From Candidatus Marinacidobacterales bacterium (GTDB taxonomy: Bacteria; Acidobacteriota; Vicinamibacteria; Marinacidobacterales; DATDRI01), in NCBI GenBank assembly GCA_965219415.1, contig CBDCNP010000002.1, forward strand, positions 1,216,001-1,280,000: DNA of 64,000 nt, written 5' to 3'. This document shows, piece after piece, positions 30,559 to 39,070 of the stretch (position 1 is the stretch's first letter; each line of letters opens with the position of its first letter). Both the position numbers and the translations under genes were made by a program. Below the pieces are notes generated by a model. It had not been told where the DNA came from. It saw nothing but the letters and a program-made list of their open reading frames with translations, and searched no databases.

Positions 30559-31656
30559 TCACGGAACCATTTTCCAAAAGTCGATCCCCGATGCCTGCTT
30601 GCCCACGTCGATGGCGGCGTGCCGCTCGAACGTCTCGAGATCGAAGACCTCTACCGTCCCCGGCTGTCCGCCTCGTCCTTCGACTGAGATAAAGGCCAAT
30701 CGACCGTCGGGGCTCACCGCTACGCCATGAGTGATCGGCCGGGTACTGGGTACGCTCGCCAGCTCCTTGCCGGAGTCGACGTCCCAAAAAGCCGTCGAAT
30801 GGTTCGACTTCTCGGTAGCGATCAGAATCTTGCCGTTGGGGGTGATGCCCAAGTTGTACGGCCCCGCGTGAGTATGAAAGCGGCGGGTAATCTTCCAAGC
30901 GTCCAAATCGACTTCCACCACTTGGCTCGCGCCGTTCAAAGCGACGTACGCAAGGCGCTCTTCGGGATGGGGCTGCACCCAGGTCGGCTTCACCGGGGCT
31001 CCGCCAGCCGTGTGGTGCCCCGACGCCTCTTCGGTATCATCCTTGGAAAGCCGTAGGGTCCGCTTGACCTCGAAGGTCATGGTGTCGATCTCGTAAAGCT
31101 CGCCGGACATCATGGCAACCGAGTAGCTCGACTTTGCGTCCGGGCTCAGCCGTGAGCCGTGGGGCATGATGCCCTGCTCGATCTGCGCGATCTCTGACAT
31201 CGAAACCGTGTCCACCACGGACAGGGAGCTCGGTGCGTGGTCGCCATGCAGATTGAAGTTCGCCACGAAGAGAAATCCGGTAGTGGGGCTGATGTCCATG
31301 GTGGCCGGGAACAAGCCCGCCTGTGATTCCCCCACCTGCAGATCGCTGCCCGTCTCGTACTTGTAGATGTAACCGTAGGGCATGCCGTGGGCTATGGAAA
31401 CGAACCAATGCCGTCCGTTGGGGGCTACCCTGACCCCATGCGGCCCCTCGATCTCATTGGGAAAGATCCCGACCGGGATCCTTTTCTCGAGCGCTCCGCC
31501 GTCGGGTCCGAACTTGACGAGATCCACCGTGTCGTCGGACTCGGCTGCCACGTAGACGTAGTACGTCGCGGTAATCGGATCGGGTGGTTCGCCCGCCGGA
31601 GCGAAAGCCGCCGAGAATACGACAGAGACCGCAAGTAGACTCATCGTCGGTTTCAT
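30559..31656 (-). CDS. YncE/YVTN-like exported beta-propeller protein
   Basis: Signal peptide plus YVAAESDD, EGPHG, MPHG, KPTW and THGVAVSPDG repeats. Confidence 0.8.
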   Translation of the reverse strand: MKPTMSLLAVSVVFSAAFAPAGEPPDPITATYYVYVAAESDDTVDLVKFGPDGGALEKRIPVGIFPNEIEGPHGVRVAPNGRHWFVSIAHGMPYGYIYKYETGSDLQVGESQAGLFPATMDISPTTGFLFVANFNLHGDHAPSSLSVVDTVSMSEIAQIEQGIMPHGSRLSPDAKSSYSVAMMSGELYEIDTMTFEVKRTLRLSKDDTEEASGHHTAGGAPVKPTWVQPHPEERLAYVALNGASQVVEVDLDAWKITRRFHTHAGPYNLGITPNGKILIATEKSNHSTAFWDVDSGKELASVPSTRPITHGVAVSPDGRLAFISVEGRGGQPGTVEVFDLETFERHAAIDVGKQASGIDFWKMVP

Positions 31657-33829
31657 GGTGTGGACTCCTTCTTTCCAGAATCCGCCCCCGTCTCCGGATT
31701 AACTAAGCGGACCGCCCAGAGGCCGCTGTTGAAATCGGAGAAGAAAATGTGTCCCTTGTGCGGCTGGGCGCCCCAGACGAATGGCGCGTTCGGCACGAAC
31801 CCTTCGCTGTCGTCGGAGTAAAACTTGGCGATCTGGCGTCCCTGCCGGTACAGATCGTCCATGAGCTCGCCGGAAATGTCCACCACCCTGAGGCCGGCGT
31901 TGAAGTAGCCCACGACCATGATCTCCTGCTCGTAGTCGATCCAGTAGTTGTGCGGCCCGGCCTCCGGCACCCGATAGCGGGCAATCTCCTTCGGATGGTC
32001 CAGATCGTCGAACTCCACGAAATGGATCCACCCCATGGCGCGGCTGGGCACGCGCTCCTTCCAGGAGATGATCTCCCCCGGCACTCGGGGATTGAGCGGA
32101 TGAGCTTCGTCGCCCCCAACGACGTAGAACTTCCCCGCCGACTTGCTTCGAAACGGCCACACCGAATGGTTCCACCCGGTGAGCTGAGGCATCCTGGCCA
32201 TCTCCACCGGTCGAGCCGGTGAGCCGCCTAGGCCGCCTCCTCCGACATCGATCAAGATTAGGGCATCGGTGTTACCGGCCTGGTAGGTGATGCCGTCTTG
32301 AACCCACACGTCATGCACCACGCGGCCCGGCGTCTGGGTCTCGAATCGACCTACCCGTACCGGCTTGGCCGGATCTTCGATGTTGATCGCGTCCCAACGC
32401 CGACCGTTGTTCACCGCATAGATGTGATTGTCGTGGATAAAGACGTTGTGCACCCCGCCCGTCAGTTGATCGTCGAACCGAGAGAGGATGGTGACCTTCC
32501 GCGGATCGCTGACGTCGAGGATGACCAAGCCGTTCCGCCGATTCGATGCACCTTCCCGGCTGATCACGCAAATCCGGCCGTCCTCCGAAACCTTCACGTC
32601 GTTGACGGTGCGCGCGTCGACCTGCACCATATCGATGCGCTGCATGTTGGACGGATCGGTCACGTCATAGAAGTACGCGTGACCGTCGGCGTTCCACGTG
32701 CCGTGGACAGCGTAGTCGCGACCATCGACGCCTTCCCAGACCCAGAGGTCCGAGGTCACTTGGTCCCGCACCGGCGCGTGCCCCACCAGCTCGATCGTTC
32801 GTTCCACGTTGCGCGGGGTGATCCGCACGCTCTGTTCGGCCATTTGATCCCCGGAGGTCGCGACGACCGTGTACACGCCCGGCTGTTCGGCTACGAAACG
32901 ACCGTCAGGGGCCAACTGACCAGGGGCACCGGCGCCGACCGTTCTAGCGCGGCTTGGATCGGGCCAGCTCTGGAGCGCGAAGCGAACGGGTGCGTCCGCG
33001 ATCGTCTGACCGGCAGAATCCCGGGCGGTCGCATCGAAGTGGACCACGTCGCCGGTGCGCGCTTCATCGCGGGAGGCGATCAGTTCGAGCGAATTCACCG
33101 GGCTGGGTTTGATCGTCAATGGTCGATTGACCCGGACGCCGTCGGCGGTATAGAGGCAGTTAGGGTCAACGTGCCCGGTTGGAGCGTGGTGAGGATGCCG
33201 GCGGCTTCTCCGGGGTAGAGCTCGGGTCGTGGTCTTCGGTAGAAGGGGTGCGCATCGGATGAACCTTGGAATTCCGGCCCAAACATCGTCACTCTGGCAA
33301 TCTCCGGGTCACTCACCCGAAGCTCGGCCCGTACGTCCCGCTGCCTCTGCCCCGCGTCCGCTCCGGTCACTCTCACCGGCACTGTCATACCCACATAGAG
33401 ACTCGATGGCAGGTCGGCGAACTCGAGCCGTGCGACCGGAGACGGCAGCACCTTCACCGGGATCCGGATCCGGACGCCCGGATCCCCTTCACGGTACAGA
33501 GCAGAATCCGTTCGGATGCCCGAAGGCGAGAACGCCACGACATCGTTCTCACCCGTTCGATGTCCCTTTACGATGCCGGTGGGCGTCACCGTAATCGAGG
33601 ATGACATCCCGGTGGCGAAAAAAATCACCGCGGCGTCCTCGAGCACGACACCCGCCTGATTCTTCACCACCGCCTCGAGCGTGGCTTTCTCTCCAACCCT
33701 CAACGTGACCGAGGCGGGACGAACCTCTATCGACACTGGCTCGTCAACATCCTGAAGCGAGGCGGCTTCGAGAGCGGCTAGCCCGCCTCCGATCACCATG
33801 AGCAAGGAGCCCATCATCGCTGCTTTCAT
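31653..33829 (-). CDS. Ig-like + LVIVD-repeat beta-propeller protein, copy 1 (frameshift at ~33117)
   Basis: ORFs 33116-33829 and 31653-33119 together are colinear with the intact paralogue 33870-35984. They carry LVILDVSDP and LRVVDIS repeats. Confidence 0.85.
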
Positions 33830-33869
33830 CGGTCTCCCCTCTTCTCTCTGTCTTCTATGTCTTCTTATG

Positions 33870-35984
33870 TCAGGGCGTTTCTGCCTCGGATTCTTCCGGA
33901 GGCACCAACCGCACCGCCCAGAGCCCGCTATAAAGATCGGCGAAGAAAATGTGACCCTTGTGGGGTTGCGGTCCCCAAGCGAAGGGCGCATTGGGAATGA
34001 ACCCTTTGGAGTCGTCGGAGTAAAACTTGGCGATCTCGCGCCCCTGCCGGTACAGGTCGCCCATGAGCTCGCCGGAAATGTCCACCACCCTGAGGCCAGC
34101 TTCGAAGTGAGCCACGAACATCACCTCGTTCTCCCAATCGATCCAGAGGTTGTGCGGCCCCGACTCCGGCACCTGGTAGCGTGCGACCTCCCGCGGATTA
34201 TTTGGATCGTCGAACTCCACAAAATGAAGCCATCCCATGGCGTAGGACGGTACCCGTTCCTTCCAACTAATAGCTACGCCGGGTGCGAGCGGGTTGTCCC
34301 AAAAGGCCTCGTCACCGCCGACCACGTAGAATTTCCCGGCCGACTTGCTCTGGAACGGCCACACCGCATGGTTCCAGCCGGTCAACTGCGTCATCCGTCC
34401 CATCTCCACCGGACGTGCCGGGGAGCCGCCTTGGCCGCCGCCTCCGACATCCACCATGATGAGACCATCGGTGCGACCGGCCTGATAGGCGACGCCGTCA
34501 CGGACCCACACGTCGTGCACCGAGCGGCCTGGGGTGGCGCTCTCGAATCGGCCCACTCGAACCGGATTCGCGGGATCCTCGATGTTGATCACGTCCCAGC
34601 GCCGCCCGTTGTTCACCGCATAGACGTGTTGGTCGTGAACGAAGATGTTGTGCACGCCTCCCGTGAGTTGATCGTCGAAACGGGAAAGTATTCTGACGTT
34701 TCTCGGATCGCTCACGTCCAGGATCACGATGCCGTTGCGTCGGGTCGAGGCGCCTTCACGACTGATCACACAGATCCGACCGTCCTCCGACACCTTGACG
34801 TCGTTGACCGTCCGCGCGTCGACCTGCACGATGTCGATCTTTTGCATGTCGGAGGGATCGGTTACGTCATAGAAGTACGCGTGGCCGTCGGCGTTCCACG
34901 TGCCGTGCACGGCGTAATCGCGGCCATCGACGCCTTCCCAAACCCAAAGGTCCGAGGTCACCCGATCCCGAACCGGGGCGTGACCCACGAGCTCGATCCT
35001 TCGCCTCACGTTGCGGGGTGTAATCCGAACGCTCCGGCGAGCCATCTCCTTGCCGGACCAGGCGACGACGGTGTAGATACCGGGCTGTTCGGCAACGAAG
35101 CTGCCATCGGGAGCCACCTGGGCGGAAGCGCCCGCCCCGATCGACTCGGCAAGGTTGGGATCGGGCCGAGCCTCGAGCGAAAAGCTAAGGGGAGCGTCGG
35201 TTACGGTCTGTCCCCGAGCGTCTTTCGCGGTGGCGCGAAAGTGAACAACATCGCCGGTGCGCGCTTTGCCGAGGGAAGCAGTCAGCTCGACGGATCGAAT
35301 AGGGTTCTCCTTGATCGTCAACTCGAGGTCCGCCGTTGCAGCCTCGGCGGTCGCAGTCAGTGTGGCCTTACCCGGTTTCAGGCCGGTGACTTCGCCGAAG
35401 CCATCCGTGGCGGCAACCGTTCCATCGTCGACCTCTAGTGTCGGACGAGCGTCCCGGCGTATCGCTCCACTGGTGTCGGTCGCCGTCAGACGGACCGGAA
35501 CGCTCGCGCCGGTGTAGAGAACGGCCGGGACGTTCACGAACTCCAGGCCGGCCAGCGGCGGTAACGGTACCGTCACCACCACCGTGGCTCGGATGCCGGG
35601 ATCGCTTCGACTGTAACTATCGGGATCACCCTCGAACGGTTTCAGTGGAGAGAGGGCAGTGAGCTTGTGCTTTCCCGGGCGGTAGGCCTGGGCGAGTCCG
35701 GACGGGGTGACACCGACGGAGTCCCTCGCGCCGGAGAAGAAAATTACCTGCGCGTCGGGAAGCACCGTGCCACTCGCGTCTTTGACGACCGCCTCCAATT
35801 GCGCCTTGTCGCCCACTTCCAACACCAGCGATGAAGGCTCGATCTCGATCGACCCCGGCCGCCACTCCGGTTCGGAAGATGCCATCTGCGCGGACGACGC
35901 GCTGTCCGTGAGCAAGACTCCGACGACGACTACCGCGGAAAGCACCCCGAGCCGGGATCCTCTCATACCATTCGTGCCTTTCAT
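33870..35984 (-). CDS. Ig-like + LVIVD-repeat beta-propeller protein, copy 2
   Basis: Signal peptide, Big_2-like repeats (IEPSSLVLEVGDKAQL; VTGLKPGKATLTATA), and SDLWVWEG, VNDVK, GVHN, VHD and PHN motifs. Confidence 0.88.
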   Translation of the reverse strand: MKGTNGMRGSRLGVLSAVVVVGVLLTDSASSAQMASSEPEWRPGSIEIEPSSLVLEVGDKAQLEAVVKDASGTVLPDAQVIFFSGARDSVGVTPSGLAQAYRPGKHKLTALSPLKPFEGDPDSYSRSDPGIRATVVVTVPLPPLAGLEFVNVPAVLYTGASVPVRLTATDTSGAIRRDARPTLEVDDGTVAATDGFGEVTGLKPGKATLTATAEAATADLELTIKENPIRSVELTASLGKARTGDVVHFRATAKDARGQTVTDAPLSFSLEARPDPNLAESIGAGASAQVAPDGSFVAEQPGIYTVVAWSGKEMARRSVRITPRNVRRRIELVGHAPVRDRVTSDLWVWEGVDGRDYAVHGTWNADGHAYFYDVTDPSDMQKIDIVQVDARTVNDVKVSEDGRICVISREGASTRRNGIVILDVSDPRNVRILSRFDDQLTGGVHNIFVHDQHVYAVNNGRRWDVINIEDPANPVRVGRFESATPGRSVHDVWVRDGVAYQAGRTDGLIMVDVGGGGQGGSPARPVEMGRMTQLTGWNHAVWPFQSKSAGKFYVVGGDEAFWDNPLAPGVAISWKERVPSYAMGWLHFVEFDDPNNPREVARYQVPESGPHNLWIDWENEVMFVAHFEAGLRVVDISGELMGDLYRQGREIAKFYSDDSKGFIPNAPFAWGPQPHKGHIFFADLYSGLWAVRLVPPEESEAETP

Positions 35985-36052
35985 GTTCTGTTCCTCCGGT
36001 TTCGTGGATCTAGCAGCCTCAATGGAAGCGTGTCAAACGCTCTCGACCTGCC

Positions 36053-38503
36053 TCATCGAGCGAGCTCTTCGAGCCTCTCCCGGGTGGCCGCGAATCTCTC
36101 CCTGATTCTGGGGATGGGCGCGTCGCCATAATTTTCGATCAGCCTGGCGTCGGCTACGTCCATCCACCGCAGCAGGTCGCTCGCTGCACGGCGGGCGGCA
36201 TCGGCGTTGCGGCTGCCGACTTGACCGAACCAGATCGGTGCGCTGTGGGCATACGGCATCCCGTCCATGACCGGCCAGGCGGTCGGTCCTCCGTAGGCGC
36301 GCGCCGCGATCCATCCGCCGGCGGGCGCTTTCACTCGACCGCCGAGACTCTTCTCGCCAGCGGCCGTAAAGCCGGGTCCCTCCCACACGACTTCGCCGTT
36401 CACCAGAACCTCGATCTTCTCGACCGGCGCCGGAGACCACACCTTCAGCGCCCAATCGACCTCGCCACCGGGTTGCACGACGCCTCCCGGTTCACGACCG
36501 CCCACCTCGAACTGCATCAACGGGCCGTTTGTCACAAATGTTCTGCCCGCCCTGAGCGCGGCCATGTAGCTACTTAGATTCAGAGGCCCGTCGACCCGTG
36601 CATAGACCCGGGCCGAGCCCACGCTCATGCTGCGGTACCAGTCGAGGAGAGCGTCGCTCCCTCCAGTGGGAACGATGTTCAACCCTAGGTTCAGCAGGCG
36701 GTGCCATGCTGCGCTCGTGCCGAGTGAATCGCTCCACAGGCACACGATCTCGAGCCCGTCCAGATCGCCGAGGACAGCATCCGGCACGAGTTCCATGGGT
36801 ATCCCGGTAGGACTGGCATCTTTCGGAAACGGATCAGCGGTGGAAACCGGGTGCACGTAAAAGCTGAAGCCACCTTGTTGGTGGGCATGGTCATGTGCGT
36901 CCGCCTTGAGGATATCCGCGTTTCGATAAACCGGATACCTGGGCCCCCAATAGTTCGGCCAGAAACGGGACGCGATGCCGATGAACGCGGTGTGTCCGAA
37001 GAAATGCGGGCGGACCTCCTGACCGAATACGATCAAGGGAGTACCGGCGCCGAGCCTACTCCAACCCCACCAGTCGAGATCCTTGATGCGCACGTCGAGG
37101 CTCGCTGCCACCGGCGTCGCCACGTCGACGTCCTCCGCCTGAAGGGGGATCACGAAATCTTCGGGAACCAACTTGTAGGTCCCATCCCAATCCAGATGGA
37201 TATGATGATCGCCCGAGTACCAGCCCGCGGACGACGGATCCCACATGGGCGTAAGCTCGAGCTCCACCGCTGTCGTCTCGCCGGCGCCGACGGTGCAGGT
37301 TGCCGATACCGGCGGCGCAGTAAAGCCGTGCGTCGCGGTGACCCGCACCTCCCCGGTGGGAACGTCGACGGTGGTGACACCTGACGAATACGTGTAAACC
37401 ACGCCGTTTTGGAGATCGAATCGCGCTTGACCCTGCTCCGGAAGCACCGGATGCCCATCTCGATCGAAGATCGCAAGGCGTGCGGGAACGGGGCCCGCCT
37501 CGCCTGCCATTCGTGTCGTGATGGTAAGCCGGCCTAGCTCTTCTCCCCAGTTCCACACCATCGGTGACACGTCGCGAACCTCTCCGCCCGCCGCCGCTAC
37601 CTGGTACACTTGGAAGCGCTGTCGCTCATCGGCCTCGACGAAATAGATATCGGCCCCGTCCGCACTCCAAGAGGGCGTTAGAGCCAGATAGGTCTCCGGG
37701 GCCAAGTGGATCTTCGACCCACCCTCTAGGTCTCTCAGCCAAAGATTCCAGCTATCGGCACCGGGCAAGTTCACGACAAGATTCCGTCCATCCGGGCTCA
37801 CCGCGGGTCGGGTCTGGGATGCGATGCCCGCCTCCTCCAGAACCTGGGTGCTGCCATCCCGCGTGTCCAGAAGACAGACCGCGTCCTGGGCGCCGCGTTG
37901 TTTTCTCAAGTAGACGAGCCGGAGATCGTCCGGAAGTGGCGACGGCTTCAGTTCCAGCCCCTTCTCGGTCGTCAAACGGGTCTTCGCGCCCGTCGCCAGC
38001 TCGAGGCGCCACAGATCGAGATCACCCGCTTCGGCGGAGCTGTACAAAAGAGAGCTCCCATCCCGAGAGAATGTGGGATCGAGGTCGAGCCCAGCCGTGT
38101 CGACGAGGACCGTCTCTGTGCCGTTGCGCAAATCCAACCCAACGATGGAAGTGTCACTTCCGTCGTCCCTCACGAACGCCAGGTGCCCACCGTCCGGGGA
38201 CCAGGCCGGTCTCGAGTCCATTCCCTGGCTCTTCGTCACGCGGCGGGCCTCCCGCGACGAAAGGTCGAGGAGCCAAAGCCATCCTCGCGCCGCAATGGCC
38301 AGAGTCTTACCGTCCGGCGACGGCGCCGGATCGCTCGGTCCGGCGCCCATCACCGGAAGCTCGTAACCTTCCAGATACAGGTGGCCTCGGTAACCCGCGA
38401 CCTTCGGATAGCGATTCGTCCACTGTGCGAACGTGGACGTCACCGATCCGGCGAGGGCGAACATCAGGCAACACGCGACACGGCACTTCACGGCTCGCAT
38501 CAT
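36053..38503 (-). CDS. PD40/TolB propeller + CehA/McbA-type (PHP-like) metallohydrolase
   Basis: PAPSPDG/PAWSPDG repeats are followed by GWYSGDHHIH, GQE..GH, YVHP, WHRLLNLG....GGSD and GRTFVTNGP. Confidence 0.85.
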   Translation of the reverse strand: MMRAVKCRVACCLMFALAGSVTSTFAQWTNRYPKVAGYRGHLYLEGYELPVMGAGPSDPAPSPDGKTLAIAARGWLWLLDLSSREARRVTKSQGMDSRPAWSPDGGHLAFVRDDGSDTSIVGLDLRNGTETVLVDTAGLDLDPTFSRDGSSLLYSSAEAGDLDLWRLELATGAKTRLTTEKGLELKPSPLPDDLRLVYLRKQRGAQDAVCLLDTRDGSTQVLEEAGIASQTRPAVSPDGRNLVVNLPGADSWNLWLRDLEGGSKIHLAPETYLALTPSWSADGADIYFVEADERQRFQVYQVAAAGGEVRDVSPMVWNWGEELGRLTITTRMAGEAGPVPARLAIFDRDGHPVLPEQGQARFDLQNGVVYTYSSGVTTVDVPTGEVRVTATHGFTAPPVSATCTVGAGETTAVELELTPMWDPSSAGWYSGDHHIHLDWDGTYKLVPEDFVIPLQAEDVDVATPVAASLDVRIKDLDWWGWSRLGAGTPLIVFGQEVRPHFFGHTAFIGIASRFWPNYWGPRYPVYRNADILKADAHDHAHQQGGFSFYVHPVSTADPFPKDASPTGIPMELVPDAVLGDLDGLEIVCLWSDSLGTSAAWHRLLNLGLNIVPTGGSDALLDWYRSMSVGSARVYARVDGPLNLSSYMAALRAGRTFVTNGPLMQFEVGGREPGGVVQPGGEVDWALKVWSPAPVEKIEVLVNGEVVWEGPGFTAAGEKSLGGRVKAPAGGWIAARAYGGPTAWPVMDGMPYAHSAPIWFGQVGSRNADAARRAASDLLRWMDVADARLIENYGDAPIPRIRERFAATRERLEELAR

Positions 38504-39060
38504 TTCGTACCCGCTCCTTTCACGGAGACGTTATCCAGGCCGGTGTAGCCTTTGCCCGTCAGACCCAAGAAAATGATCAAGGTGTTGGATGACGTGGCAG
38601 TAAACTTGAACGAGAAACTCTCCCAGATGTCCAGCTCGGTCAGATTCGTCGAGGTGAAGATGGCAGATTCAACACCCGCAATGACGGTAATGGAGACTGG
38701 CACTTTCCATTGAGTTGAACTGCCCAGATCGAACGTTATCTCGTAGACTTCACCAACCGTCGTCTGAATGGACTGAGAAACACCGCCCAGCTCTTTTGCC
38801 CTGTATTCGGTGAAGTCCACGAACCGGTTGCCGTCGCTCGCCGAGAGCTTCCATGGATTATCCAGATCTATCCAGGTCAGATCATTGATGACAATCCAGC
38901 CGGTAAGGTCCGTTGCTCCCGCATGCAGGAGCATATCTCCATTCTTATTGGGCACCAGTTCTCCACTCTCAAAGCTGCCGTTCTTAATCAGGTTCCCATG
39001 CGCGCTGGAGGTCAAGACACCGAGAACGAACAGCATTACCAGACTTGAGATTCTCTTCAT
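38500..39060 (-). CDS. DUF642 / choice-of-anchor-C-like carbohydrate-binding domain protein
   Basis: Signal peptide, NLIKNGSFE, ASDG...VD, GGVSQ.I.T..G..Y.ITF and LDNVSV motifs. Confidence 0.75.
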   Translation of the reverse strand: MKRISSLVMLFVLGVLTSSAHGNLIKNGSFESGELVPNKNGDMLLHAGATDLTGWIVINDLTWIDLDNPWKLSASDGNRFVDFTEYRAKELGGVSQSIQTTVGEVYEITFDLGSSTQWKVPVSITVIAGVESAIFTSTNLTELDIWESFSFKFTATSSNTLIIFLGLTGKGYTGLDNVSVKGAGTK

Positions 39061-39070
39061 CGTGATTCTC

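Noticed and set aside
33845-33872. Short TGTCTTCT(T)A tandem repeat between the LVIVD genes
   Set aside because: It has only two to three degenerate units in a spacer, too short for a functional array.
33798-35438. Long antisense ORFs (546 aa here; also 15696-16991, 28671-29939, 38810-39898)
   Set aside because: They are shadows of well-supported genes on the opposite strand, expected in GC-rich DNA, and contain no recognisable motifs.
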